Notes under the pieces: model-generated
What the model was told of the DNA's origin: nothing
What the model saw: only the letters and a program-made list of their open reading frames with translations
The model's database searches: none
Program-made: the position numbers and the translations under genes
Shown: positions 9,390 through 19,485 of the stretch, in pieces
Numbering within the stretch: position 1 is the stretch's first letter
Layout of the letters: each line of letters begins with the position of its first letter
From: Dehalococcoidia bacterium
GTDB taxonomy: Bacteria > Chloroflexota > Dehalococcoidia > Plut-88900
Assembly (NCBI GenBank): GCA_965207225.1
Contig: CBDBLV010000005.1
Coordinates: 448,001-512,000 of the forward strand
Reading direction: 5' to 3'
Length of the DNA: 64,000 nucleotides

Positions 9390-11165
9390 TTACCCTTCGG
9401 GCGGCGCTACCCGTACCTCTATCACCTCTATGTCGTGATACTGCCGGTGACTGACCGACGTCGCGTAATGCCGCAGCAATCGTAGTGGCGTGTCCCGACC
9501 TGTCCAACTCTCCAGGTCCACTGAGTCCAGTTCTGCCTCCCCGGGACCCGGAGTAGTCAGCAAGGCGATCCGGTCTTCAACGTTTTCCGAGTTGGCTGAT
9601 GCACTCACGAACTCCATCTCCGCTCCTGCCCCTTGGCTTTTGGCGGTAATCCTCAGCCTCTTTCCTCTTTCCACTCCCTTACCCTGCCCTCCTTCTAACA
9701 GGATGAGAAGCGTTTCTTCCGCTGCTGCGTGAAGCTTCCTAGTCATCGTCGAATCCCAGCCCCTCAGGTCGGAGAACTCTTTAAGGAAGTCCCTAATCCG
9801 CGGCAGCGCCTCCATACTCAATTCCGTCCGTAACCGGCGCTGTACCGCTCCCGTGCCATACTCCGTGAATATCGTAAGCAATACCAGGATCACGCCCCCG
9901 GATATGAATGCCTTCTCGAACACCGCTTCCCAAAGGTTCCCTATCGGCAAACTTACCAGCCCCGTCTGGAAACCCAGCCCCACGACCAGCGCCGTCCCGA
10001 TCACCAGACTCTTCCGAAAGTCCAGGGCGTTCTGGACTACCATCTTCATCCCCTCCACCAGCAGAGGGCTTATCAGGACCACCAGGAAAATCGCGGTTAC
10101 AGGGGGCGGCACCCCGATCAGCAGGCTCCAGGTCTGTGGGAAGAAGGCCACCGCGACCAGGAGGACTCCCGTACCGACCCCAATGTAGCGGGATGCACAG
10201 CCGGTCTGTTGTGCAATCGCCACTCCCCTCGGCCCAGTTGTAACCGGCAGCACTGCCGCGAAGCACGCCACCAGGTTCCCCAGTCCCGAGCATGCAGTCG
10301 TGCCCTGCACCCTCCTGTAATCTATCGCCCGGGACTCCCGCCAGGAGACCCGCTGCGTTGCCATCGCAACCGAGTTTCCCTGCAGCACCGCTATCGCAGA
10401 CAGGAACAGAAATGCCGGAAGCAGCGACCAGAAGGCCGACCCGAACCCGAACCCAAACCCGGGCCACCCGTCCAGCGGCAGCCCCGCGACCGAAGCCTCC
10501 CTCACGGGCCCAAAATCGAAAATCCCGAACCCTATCCCAACGATGGCCCCTGCAACTATGCCTATCAGGGATGCCCAGACCCGCCACACTGCAGACCCCT
10601 TCAGCAGAAGCCCCACTATCACCACGAAGGTGACCAGGATGCACACCGGTCCCGCTGCCGCGGGTGCATCTTCGGGCACGTCGTTCATGCTGCCGAACAC
10701 CACCGGGATGACCGTTATCACCAGGAGGATCAGCACAGCCCCGCTGAAAGCCGGGCGCACCAGCTTCCTCAGCAGGGAAAGGCGCAGGGACATCGCAATC
10801 TGAAACACCCCCGACACCAGTATCAGCGATGCCAGCGTCGGGGCTCCGCCCTCCTCCAGTGCAAGGATGCAAAAGGGTATGGCTGTCGGGGAAGGATATG
10901 CGTTCACCAGCATCCCCGAGCCGAACGGCCCGATACGATAAGCCTGCAGCACGGTCACCGCGCCGGTGATAGTAAGCATGGAGAACACCCCCCATGCCAC
11001 CTCCGCAGCCGAGCCATCTACCGCCTGGACCAGCACGATAGGAAAAACCGCCGCAGGTGCGATGACGAGCAACACTGTCTGGACGCTCAGCCCGACCGTA
11101 ACCGGCAGCGGGGGCCTTTCGTGTGCCTCGTATTGGAGAGTGGAAGTAGCTGGCCTGCTAGCCAT
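9390..11165 (-). CDS. Second NCS2-fold permease with the same C-terminal RsbW-like domain
   Basis: YEAHERPP, TGCASR, VPPPV motifs. C-terminal KLHAAAEETL..LRLLRHYATSVSHRQYHDIEV. Paralogue of 7449-9188, convergent with it. Confidence 0.8.
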   Translation of the reverse strand: MASRPATSTLQYEAHERPPLPVTVGLSVQTVLLVIAPAAVFPIVLVQAVDGSAAEVAWGVFSMLTITGAVTVLQAYRIGPFGSGMLVNAYPSPTAIPFCILALEEGGAPTLASLILVSGVFQIAMSLRLSLLRKLVRPAFSGAVLILLVITVIPVVFGSMNDVPEDAPAAAGPVCILVTFVVIVGLLLKGSAVWRVWASLIGIVAGAIVGIGFGIFDFGPVREASVAGLPLDGWPGFGFGFGSAFWSLLPAFLFLSAIAVLQGNSVAMATQRVSWRESRAIDYRRVQGTTACSGLGNLVACFAAVLPVTTGPRGVAIAQQTGCASRYIGVGTGVLLVAVAFFPQTWSLLIGVPPPVTAIFLVVLISPLLVEGMKMVVQNALDFRKSLVIGTALVVGLGFQTGLVSLPIGNLWEAVFEKAFISGGVILVLLTIFTEYGTGAVQRRLRTELSMEALPRIRDFLKEFSDLRGWDSTMTRKLHAAAEETLLILLEGGQGKGVERGKRLRITAKSQGAGAEMEFVSASANSENVEDRIALLTTPGPGEAELDSVDLESWTGRDTPLRLLRHYATSVSHRQYHDIEVIEVRVAPPEG

Positions 11166-11413
11166 CAGAGTTATGTCGCAGGGAGCAATTGGCCCTTGAC
11201 AGGACCGATTGGGTTGCGTCCGGGGCTGAGCGCGATTATACGCCCCACCCATCCCCTCCGCCATTAAGAGAATATTTGAATAGCTGTCGCTCCCATGCCC
11301 CGCTAAAAGATGGAGCGCCTCCCTTCCCCAACCCTGTTAAGATAGCGATAGCCCTCCGTCAACTCTGAAACAAACCCCGCCGACACCCTAAAAGACAAAA
11401 AGGGAGCCACCAA

Positions 11414-12478
11414 ATGGACGTAGGTATGATGATGCTCTTTTCCAGCTACGGCTGGGAAAACGGCTCCGACGCGCGGATGTGGGAGGAGGACCTCCGCCTC
11501 GCCGAAATCGCCGCCGACCTCGGATTCGACTGCGTCTGGTCCACCGAGCACCACTTCAACGACTACTCCTTCGTGCCCGACAACCTCCAGCTTATGACCC
11601 ACATCGCCGCTAGGCACCCCCACATTGACGTCGGCACCGCCGCCGTGATCCTCCCCTGGCACAACCCCCTCCGCGTCGCCGAGAACGCTAGCGTGCTGGA
11701 CATGCTGAGCGGCGGCCGGCTACGCCTGGGATTTGGCCGGGGCCTGGCCCGACGGGAGTTCAACGCCTTCGGCATCAGCATGGACGAGTCCCGCGGCCGC
11801 TTCGACGAAGCCGCCTTCATGATCGTCGACGCCCTGAATACCGGATTCATAGAAGGCGACGGCCCCTACTACAAGCAGGCCCGCACCGAGCTAAGACCCC
11901 GCCCACAGCACTCCTTCGACGGCCGTATCTATGCCGTCGCCGCCAGCGACGACTCCATCGCCTCAGCCGCCAGGCTAGGCGCCCACATCATCATGTTTGC
12001 CGACCGGCCCTGGGAAATGCGCATGCCGGGAATCGAGCGCGGCCGGGAGCTCCACCGTGAGTTCCACGGCACCGAGCCCCCCACCCTCCTCCTGACCGAA
12101 TTCACCGTCTGCGGCCCCGACCTCGAGGAGTGCGAGGAACACGCCCGCCAGTACCAGGGCAAGTTCGTCGAAAGCAACTTCTACCACTACGAGTTCCTTA
12201 GCGATCACTTCAAGTCCGTAAAGGGCTACAACGCCTACCAGCAGAAGGCCGAAATCGCCCGCTCCGCTGGCCTCGAAGGTGCCGTAAAAGGGTTCATGAA
12301 AGCCGCCAGTTGGGGCACACCCGACAAGATCCTCCGTGGCCTCGAGGAACGCAGGGCCTTGCTGGGCAACTTCGAAATGAACGTATCCTTCCGCTTCGGT
12401 GGTATCCCCTTCGAACTCGCCGAACGAAGCCTCAGGCTCTTTGCCAAGGAAGTCCTGCCCGTGGTCAAGTCCTGGTAA
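11414..12478 (+). CDS. Luciferase-like (LLM class) flavin-dependent oxidoreductase
   Basis: GFDCVWSTEHHF, LPWHNPLRVAE, LDMLSGGRLRLGFGRG motifs; GGAG RBS. Confidence 0.92.
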   Translation: MDVGMMMLFSSYGWENGSDARMWEEDLRLAEIAADLGFDCVWSTEHHFNDYSFVPDNLQLMTHIAARHPHIDVGTAAVILPWHNPLRVAENASVLDMLSGGRLRLGFGRGLARREFNAFGISMDESRGRFDEAAFMIVDALNTGFIEGDGPYYKQARTELRPRPQHSFDGRIYAVAASDDSIASAARLGAHIIMFADRPWEMRMPGIERGRELHREFHGTEPPTLLLTEFTVCGPDLEECEEHARQYQGKFVESNFYHYEFLSDHFKSVKGYNAYQQKAEIARSAGLEGAVKGFMKAASWGTPDKILRGLEERRALLGNFEMNVSFRFGGIPFELAERSLRLFAKEVLPVVKSW

Positions 12479-12490
12479 CCCCCCCCACCC

Positions 12491-13042
12491 ATGCCCACCC
12501 CCGACTCCCCACAGCCCCCCGCCCCCAATACCTACTGGGTAATCCCCGGCTCCTTCGCTGCGGGCGAATACCCCGGCGACTTCGACCCGACTCGCGCCAG
12601 AATCAGAGTCCGACGCCTCTTGCGAGCGGGTATCAATCACTTCATCAACCTCACCGGCCCGAACGAACTTCCTCCCTACGATGAAATCGCCCGCGAAGAA
12701 GCCCAAGCCCTCGACCTCACCGTCGAACACCAGCGCCACACCATAGGTGACTTCAGCGTCCCAGACAGCCCCAAATTCATGGCCGCCACCCTGGACGCCA
12801 TAGACTCCGCCATCGCCGAAGGCAAGACCATCTACGTTCACTGCTGGGCGGGAGTCGGGCGCACGGGAACCGTCGTCGGGTGCTGGCTCGTCCGTCACGG
12901 CCGCACCGGCGAAGAAGCCCTCGCCCAGATCGCCGACTGGTGGCTCAACATGGACGAATTCAAGAGAGCCGCCAACCCCACCTCCCCCCAGACCCCCCAG
13001 CAAAGAAACTACGTCAGAAACTGGAACGAACCCCAGCGCTAA
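12491..13042 (+). CDS. Dual-specificity / protein-tyrosine phosphatase family protein
   Basis: HCWAGVGRTG (CX5R) P-loop, IGDFSVP general-acid loop, PQTPQQ Q-loop. Confidence 0.9.
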   Translation: MPTPDSPQPPAPNTYWVIPGSFAAGEYPGDFDPTRARIRVRRLLRAGINHFINLTGPNELPPYDEIAREEAQALDLTVEHQRHTIGDFSVPDSPKFMAATLDAIDSAIAEGKTIYVHCWAGVGRTGTVVGCWLVRHGRTGEEALAQIADWWLNMDEFKRAANPTSPQTPQQRNYVRNWNEPQR

Positions 13043-13058
13043 GGTGCCTCCCCCCTCC

Positions 13059-13079
13059 GTCATCCCGACTCCGATCGGG
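13059..13079. repeat. Family A palindromic repeat (partial)
   Basis: GTCATCCCGACTCCGATCGGG, near-identical to 39918-39940. Confidence 0.6.
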
Positions 13080-13233
13080 TCGAATATGCGCCGAGCCGTG
13101 AATCCTTCCCTAGGATTGGCCTTCCGTTCACCCTGAACGGATTTAAAGTGTCGAGTCGGAGGGGTAGCGATGGACAACAGGATCAAGTCTGACCTGATAT
13201 ACTCAGACTAGCTCTAATCCAAGGAGGCTAGTT

Positions 13234-13485
13234 GTGCAGAAGCAAATCGTAAAGGAGCATTCTCATCCTGCCTCCTACCGTGATCTCCCAATTACATATG
13301 GTCCCACCGAGATGGGGGTCTGGAGAGACTACGTCAAGGACTGGGAGAGGGATGCAGTATGGGTGAAGTTAGGCAGCGACGTCTTCATATTCCCTCCGGA
13401 TGCAGCCCTCAGATTCGCTAAGGCACTAAGGGACCATGCTTCCTATCTTGCTGATACTGAAGTACTAGATGAGAGAGAAGCGTGA
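13234..13485 (+). CDS. Small hypothetical protein
   Basis: AAGGAGG RBS before GTG; stop overlaps the next start (GTGA). Confidence 0.55.
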   Translation: MQKQIVKEHSHPASYRDLPITYGPTEMGVWRDYVKDWERDAVWVKLGSDVFIFPPDAALRFAKALRDHASYLADTEVLDEREA

Positions 13486-13694
13486 ATCAGGGAGAGCCGC
13501 AGCGTTGGAGCGAAGAGTCGCCTCTGGGGATAATGCGTGAGCATTACTCTACAAAAGCTGAGCTCGAAAGCCTGAGGACCGAGCTTCACAAAATGGAAAA
13601 TAGAATACTCAAATGGGTGTGGGGACAAGCCATCGTCGTAGCTGGGCTGATAGTTGGAGTGGCTTGGGCAATTGTAAGGCTCACTTCCACCTGA
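13482..13694 (+). CDS. Small coiled-coil plus C-terminal TM protein (DUF1640/CCDC90-like pattern)
   Basis: STKAELESLRTELHKMENRILKW followed by one hydrophobic helix; translationally coupled to the upstream ORF. Confidence 0.6.
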   Translation: MNQGEPQRWSEESPLGIMREHYSTKAELESLRTELHKMENRILKWVWGQAIVVAGLIVGVAWAIVRLTST

Positions 13695-13717
13695 CCGGTT
13701 GCCCCACCCCACTCACC

Positions 13718-15605
13718 CCCAAATCCACCGCCTAAAGGTAGGAATCTGATTTTCTGACCTTTCGGTTGGGCCGGTGGGGGCGTCGATTGGCTACTGACAG
13801 GGTTAGCAGTGGTTTGGCGGGGCCGATGGTGGACGTATGAGGGTCTTGGGGTGCTGCTTTACGATGTTTTGCGTCGATTTTGAGCCGTTTGGCCTCGTAG
13901 GAGGACGCAGCGTCCCTACGACGGTTATCCACGTCGCTTGACCGATAGGCTGTGGCGCGGACCGTCTCAGATTCAGGGAGGGCCGTGAGCCAGCGCCGCT
14001 ATTCTCCGGTGTGCCCCGACCAGCAGCGGGAACGATGGATGACCTCGCGCCAGTCGGATCAGCAGCTTCCTGGCATGGTAGACCACTCGACCGGCAAGGT
14101 CGATCAGAGCGAAGCGCACCGCCTTGAGCCGCTTGGTCACCCACTCATCACCCAGCGCCAACTGCTTGACCGCCGAGTTCAGGTTGAACGCCAGCACCGT
14201 TATCGCCCACCACGCTGCGTTGGCTCCGAACTGTCCCGACGGCAGTCTCCCGCCCGCCAGGTCCTCCTTCAGCACACTATGGACCTCCTCGCCTTTCCCG
14301 CATCTCTCACGGTACCACCGCACAACCTCGTCTCCCGGAAGCTCCCGGTTCGTCACTATCCCGCTGATCTTGTACCAGCCGTGGTTCGGCATCTGCATGA
14401 CCGGAACCGACAGCTCAAACTCACTCTCCATGCCCGGTAGCGGCGGTCGCCTCAGAGGTTCTCTGACGGCTATGAAACGGTAGGCGGGACCCTCCTTGTA
14501 GCGACCTAATCGACTGGACATGAAGCCCACCTCGGCCCACTCCTGCCCCGTCTCCACCTCGAACTCCCCCATCATCCGGGGCAACTGACGCCACTCGCTC
14601 TCTTCCACCAGCGCCGCCTCATGCTTGAACTCGTCCGTGACGCGTACCCCAATCGCGAACTCGATCACTCCGAACCGTTCGTCTCTCCCCTCGGCGCAGT
14701 ACTCCAGAAGATCGTTCTGGTAGCCTGCCGTGTCGGACCGCAGCATCACCCGCTCCACTCCCTCGGGTACGCACTCCAACGCGTCTCGCAACACTCGTAG
14801 CTGCTCAAATCCCGCAGGAACGTTGCCGTCTCTGAACTCCGAGTGGACGACCAGGTCCGCCTCGGCCCAGTATGTCGTTAGCGGCTGATAGGCTTTGAAT
14901 CCCTTGTAGCAGTAGAGCGCCTCCTGCTTGTGAGTCTCGACCAGCGTCGCGTCCATATCCAGTGTCGCCTGCCTATGCCCGACGTGGCCCTGGACAAAGC
15001 CCACCATCTCGGCGTTGACCTTCCCAAGTCCGTCCAGCGCGTCGTTGGCCTGGGGTATGAACGCCGTATGAGGCTGCCTCGCCTCCTCCTGGGATGCGTC
15101 GTGGAACTGGCTCAGATACCGGAACACCGCCGATGGAGACGGCACATAGCGGTGTCGGTCACGCCGCCACCGGTTGCGCACCGCCCTGCGCTCCGAAGCT
15201 CGCTGCCGGTGGGTCTCCACCCTTCCCAACATCCGGCCAAGGCCCTCGTCCGCCTCCAGCACGCGAAGGTCGTCCACCCCTTCGCCGCCCGCCAGGTTCA
15301 ACAGCGTCAGTGAGGTGACCATCTGACGGTCCGTCCAACCCTGGCCTCCCTCTCTGACCCTCACGTGGCGTCTGATCGACTCGCCAAGGCCGATTGCCTC
15401 GGCCATCTCCAGGTAGACTGCCAACCCCGATAGCGCCGTCATGCCCCCGATGCGGTTCTCTGCCCTGTACTGGAACGGTAGGACTCCATGTTGCATAATA
15501 ACTGCACCTCGTTGGTGATGGTTTGGGATTGTCACTTACCATCTTAGTCAGCTTTGCAGCCGACTCCAACGAGGTATTCTCATTCAATTAGGCGGTGGAT
15601 TTGGG
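13718..15605 (-). mobile_element. IS1380-family insertion sequence, copy 1 (1888 bp)
   Basis: Perfect 18-bp terminal IRs CCCAAATCCACCGCCTAA / TTAGGCGGTGGATTTGGG; flanked by TCACC at 13713-13717 and 15606-15610. Confidence 0.92.
13973..15496 (-). CDS. IS1380-family DDE transposase (copy 1)
   Basis: TLDMDAT, FRDGNVPA, LRSDTAGY, YRERCGKGEE..LKED, FGANAAW motifs. Confidence 0.92.
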   Translation of the reverse strand: MQHGVLPFQYRAENRIGGMTALSGLAVYLEMAEAIGLGESIRRHVRVREGGQGWTDRQMVTSLTLLNLAGGEGVDDLRVLEADEGLGRMLGRVETHRQRASERRAVRNRWRRDRHRYVPSPSAVFRYLSQFHDASQEEARQPHTAFIPQANDALDGLGKVNAEMVGFVQGHVGHRQATLDMDATLVETHKQEALYCYKGFKAYQPLTTYWAEADLVVHSEFRDGNVPAGFEQLRVLRDALECVPEGVERVMLRSDTAGYQNDLLEYCAEGRDERFGVIEFAIGVRVTDEFKHEAALVEESEWRQLPRMMGEFEVETGQEWAEVGFMSSRLGRYKEGPAYRFIAVREPLRRPPLPGMESEFELSVPVMQMPNHGWYKISGIVTNRELPGDEVVRWYRERCGKGEEVHSVLKEDLAGGRLPSGQFGANAAWWAITVLAFNLNSAVKQLALGDEWVTKRLKAVRFALIDLAGRVVYHARKLLIRLARGHPSFPLLVGAHRRIAALAHGPP

Positions 15606-15610
15606 TCACC

Positions 15611-17498
15611 CCCAAATCCACCGCCTAAAGGTAGGAATCTGATTTTCTGACCTTTCGGTTGGGCCGGTGGGGGCGTCGATTGGCTACTGACAGGGTTAGC
15701 AGTGGTTTGGCGGGGCCGATGGTGGACGTATGAGGGTCTTGGGGTGCTGCTTTACGATGTTTTGCGTCGATTTTGAGCCGTTTGGCCTCGTAGGAGGACG
15801 CAGCGTCCCTACGACGGTTATCCACGTCGCTTGACCGATAGGCTGTGGCGCGGACCGTCTCAGATTCAGGGAGGGCCGTGAGCCAGCGCCGCTATTCTCC
15901 GGTGTGCCCCGACCAGCAGCGGGAACGATGGATGACCTCGCGCCAGTCGGATCAGCAGCTTCCTGGCATGGTAGACCACTCGACCGGCAAGGTCGATCAG
16001 AGCGAAGCGCACCGCCTTGAGCCGCTTGGTCACCCACTCATCACCCAGCGCCAACTGCTTGACCGCCGAGTTCAGGTTGAACGCCAGCACCGTTATCGCC
16101 CACCACGCTGCGTTGGCTCCGAACTGTCCCGACGGCAGTCTCCCGCCCGCCAGGTCCTCCTTCAGCACACTATGGACCTCCTCGCCTTTCCCGCATCTCT
16201 CACGGTACCACCGCACAACCTCGTCTCCCGGAAGCTCCCGGTTCGTCACTATCCCGCTGATCTTGTACCAGCCGTGGTTCGGCATCTGCATGACCGGAAC
16301 CGACAGCTCAAACTCACTCTCCATGCCCGGTAGCGGCGGTCGCCTCAGAGGTTCTCTGACGGCTATGAAACGGTAGGCGGGACCCTCCTTGTAGCGACCT
16401 AATCGACTGGACATGAAGCCCACCTCGGCCCACTCCTGCCCCGTCTCCACCTCGAACTCCCCCATCATCCGGGGCAACTGACGCCACTCGCTCTCTTCCA
16501 CCAGCGCCGCCTCATGCTTGAACTCGTCCGTGACGCGTACCCCAATCGCGAACTCGATCACTCCGAACCGTTCGTCTCTCCCCTCGGCGCAGTACTCCAG
16601 AAGATCGTTCTGGTAGCCTGCCGTGTCGGACCGCAGCATCACCCGCTCCACTCCCTCGGGTACGCACTCCAACGCGTCTCGCAACACTCGTAGCTGCTCA
16701 AATCCCGCAGGAACGTTGCCGTCTCTGAACTCCGAGTGGACGACCAGGTCCGCCTCGGCCCAGTATGTCGTTAGCGGCTGATAGGCTTTGAATCCCTTGT
16801 AGCAGTAGAGCGCCTCCTGCTTGTGAGTCTCGACCAGCGTCGCGTCCATATCCAGTGTCGCCTGCCTATGCCCGACGTGGCCCTGGACAAAGCCCACCAT
16901 CTCGGCGTTGACCTTCCCAAGTCCGTCCAGCGCGTCGTTGGCCTGGGGTATGAACGCCGTATGAGGCTGCCTCGCCTCCTCCTGGGATGCGTCGTGGAAC
17001 TGGCTCAGATACCGGAACACCGCCGATGGAGACGGCACATAGCGGTGTCGGTCACGCCGCCACCGGTTGCGCACCGCCCTGCGCTCCGAAGCTCGCTGCC
17101 GGTGGGTCTCCACCCTTCCCAACATCCGGCCAAGGCCCTCGTCCGCCTCCAGCACGCGAAGGTCGTCCACCCCTTCGCCGCCCGCCAGGTTCAACAGCGT
17201 CAGTGAGGTGACCATCTGACGGTCCGTCCAACCCTGGCCTCCCTCTCTGACCCTCACGTGGCGTCTGATCGACTCGCCAAGGCCGATTGCCTCGGCCATC
17301 TCCAGGTAGACTGCCAACCCCGATAGCGCCGTCATGCCCCCGATGCGGTTCTCTGCCCTGTACTGGAACGGTAGGACTCCATGTTGCATAATAACTGCAC
17401 CTCGTTGGTGATGGTTTGGGATTGTCACTTACCATCTTAGTCAGCTTTGCAGCCGACTCCAACGAGGTATTCTCATTCAATTAGGCGGTGGATTTGGG
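15611..17498 (-). mobile_element. IS1380-family insertion sequence, copy 2 (direct tandem repeat of copy 1)
   Basis: Same sequence offset by 1893 bp; same IRs; followed by a third TCACC at 17499-17503. Confidence 0.92.
15866..17389 (-). CDS. IS1380-family DDE transposase (copy 2)
   Basis: Translation identical to copy 1. Confidence 0.92.
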   Translation of the reverse strand: MQHGVLPFQYRAENRIGGMTALSGLAVYLEMAEAIGLGESIRRHVRVREGGQGWTDRQMVTSLTLLNLAGGEGVDDLRVLEADEGLGRMLGRVETHRQRASERRAVRNRWRRDRHRYVPSPSAVFRYLSQFHDASQEEARQPHTAFIPQANDALDGLGKVNAEMVGFVQGHVGHRQATLDMDATLVETHKQEALYCYKGFKAYQPLTTYWAEADLVVHSEFRDGNVPAGFEQLRVLRDALECVPEGVERVMLRSDTAGYQNDLLEYCAEGRDERFGVIEFAIGVRVTDEFKHEAALVEESEWRQLPRMMGEFEVETGQEWAEVGFMSSRLGRYKEGPAYRFIAVREPLRRPPLPGMESEFELSVPVMQMPNHGWYKISGIVTNRELPGDEVVRWYRERCGKGEEVHSVLKEDLAGGRLPSGQFGANAAWWAITVLAFNLNSAVKQLALGDEWVTKRLKAVRFALIDLAGRVVYHARKLLIRLARGHPSFPLLVGAHRRIAALAHGPP

Positions 17499-17512
17499 TC
17501 ACCCCCTCCCTG

Positions 17513-17542
17513 TTGACATCCCCTCCCCCCGTCCCTTAAACT
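17513..17542 (+). promoter_or_regulatory. Putative sigma70 promoter for pyrG
   Basis: TTGACA-18 nt-TAAACT, starting 10 bp right of the IS target site. Confidence 0.5.
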
Positions 17543-17801
17543 GTTCTATACCCTTGTGCAACCGGCTAGTCCTGACTCCGTCCTCGCACAAACTTTTCCG
17601 GTATTCCCAGCCCAGCCCCCAGACGCCGGAGATTGGTAAAATCCCGTAGCCTTCATCACCCGGACTTGTTATTGACCGGACTCATAGGGCAAGACCTTCG
17701 GCCTTGGCGAACATGCTGAGCCAGGTTGGGTTCCCTACCCCCTCCACCCCCCGACCATCGTTCTTTATTGACCGGCCCATCACCCCTCCCGAGGCTTGGT
17801 G

Positions 17802-19442
17802 TTGACCACTAAATTCATATTCGTTACCGGTGGAGTCGTCAGCTCTGTTGGCAAGGGCATCGCCGTTGCCTCCATCGGCCGCATCCTCAAGAGCTACGGC
17901 ATCAACGTATCCGTCCAGAAACTCGACCCCTACCTCAACGTAGACCCCGGCACCATGTCCCCCTACCAGCACGGCGAGGTCTTCGTCACCAAGGACGGCG
18001 GCGAGACCGACCTCGACCTCGGCCACTACGAACGCTTCATCGATATCGACCTCACCCGCACCTCCAATGTCACAGCCGGCTCCATCTATAGCTCCGTCAT
18101 CTCAAAGGAGCGCCGAGGCGACTATTTGGGAGGCACCATCCAGACCGTCCCCCACGTCACCAACGAGATTAAGGACCGCATGAGGGCCCACGCCGAGGAG
18201 AGCGGTGCAGAGGTCGTCATAGTAGAGGTCGGAGGCACCGTCGGCGACATCGAAAGCCTCCCCTTCCTCGAATCAATCAGGCAGATGCGCAACGACATCG
18301 GCCGCGAAAACGCCCTCAACATCCACGTCACCCTGCTGCCCTACATCTCCGCCACCGCGGAGCTCAAGACCAAGCCGACCCAGCACAGCGTCAAGGAGCT
18401 GCGCAGCATCGGCCTCCAGCCCGACGTCATCCTCTGCCGCAGCGATCATCCCGTCCCCCAGGAGATCAAGGACAAGATCACCCTCTTCTGTGACGTCGAG
18501 CCCCGCGCCGTCATCGGCGCACCCACCGTCGACACCATCTACGAGGTCCCCCTCCTCCTCCAGGAAGAGGGCATAGGCCAGCTCCTCATCGACAAGCTGG
18601 ACCTTCACGCCTCCGGCGCTCCGGACATGGATGGCTGGGCCGAAATGGTAGACCGCATCAAGCAGCCCAAGGAGTCGGTGCCTATCGCCATCGTAGGCAA
18701 GTACGTGGAGCTCCCCGACTCCTACTGCTCCGTCCGGGAGGCTCTGTACCACGCCGGCCTATTCCACGGCTGCGACGTGGAAGTTTCCTGGATTCACTCG
18801 GAGGACCTGGAGTCCAACGGGGTCCACGAAAGTCTCCAGTCCGTGAGAGGCATAGTCGTGCCCGGCGGCTTCGGCCCCCGAGGCGTCGAAGGCATGATCA
18901 AGACCGCCCGCTATGCCCGGGAGCGCGAGATCCCCTATCTCGGCCTCTGCCTCGGCATGCAGGTCATGGTCATCGAATACACCCGGCACGTCCTCAAATC
19001 CTCTGAACCCAACTCCACGGAGTTCGATCTCGAGACCGGAGAACCCGTCGTCTACCTCATGCCCGACCAGAAAAACGTCAAAGACATGGGTGGCACCATG
19101 CGCCTCGGTTCCTACCCCTGCAAGGCCGTCCCCGGCACTTGGGCCGAGCGGGCCTACGACGGCTACGTCGTTCAGGAACGCCACCGGCACCGCTTCGAAA
19201 TCAACAACGACTACCGGGAAGTCCTCCAGGAGAGCGGCATGGTCTTCAGCGGCCTCTCCCCCGACGGAAACCTCGTCGAAATCGCCGAGCTCGGAGGGCA
19301 CCCCTTCATGGTCGGAAGCCAGTTCCACCCCGAGTTCCGCTCCCGCCCCCAGCGTCCCCACCCCCTCTTCAGGGAATTCGTTTCCGCAGCCAGGGGAGTA
19401 GTAAGAGAAGGAGAGCAGAGACCCCTCCCGGCATTGCGCTAG
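17802..19442 (+). CDS. pyrG: CTP synthase
   Basis: [56 protein letters not shown]. Confidence 0.98.
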   Translation: MTTKFIFVTGGVVSSVGKGIAVASIGRILKSYGINVSVQKLDPYLNVDPGTMSPYQHGEVFVTKDGGETDLDLGHYERFIDIDLTRTSNVTAGSIYSSVISKERRGDYLGGTIQTVPHVTNEIKDRMRAHAEESGAEVVIVEVGGTVGDIESLPFLESIRQMRNDIGRENALNIHVTLLPYISATAELKTKPTQHSVKELRSIGLQPDVILCRSDHPVPQEIKDKITLFCDVEPRAVIGAPTVDTIYEVPLLLQEEGIGQLLIDKLDLHASGAPDMDGWAEMVDRIKQPKESVPIAIVGKYVELPDSYCSVREALYHAGLFHGCDVEVSWIHSEDLESNGVHESLQSVRGIVVPGGFGPRGVEGMIKTARYAREREIPYLGLCLGMQVMVIEYTRHVLKSSEPNSTEFDLETGEPVVYLMPDQKNVKDMGGTMRLGSYPCKAVPGTWAERAYDGYVVQERHRHRFEINNDYREVLQESGMVFSGLSPDGNLVEIAELGGHPFMVGSQFHPEFRSRPQRPHPLFREFVSAARGVVREGEQRPLPALR

Positions 19443-19485
19443 TCAGGTAGCTTTACAGCCAGTTTACAATTATGGGGATGTAGCT

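Noticed and set aside
13925-13933. DnaA-box-like TTATCCACG
   Set aside because: Single mismatched box inside the IS; no cluster or origin context.
13732-14483. Small ORFs inside the IS copies
   Set aside because: They overlap or lie antisense to the transposase, have no recognisable motifs, and recur only because the IS is duplicated.
17545-17800. Long pyrG leader as a CTP-sensing attenuator
   Set aside because: No GGGC start or clear terminator/antiterminator pair visible.
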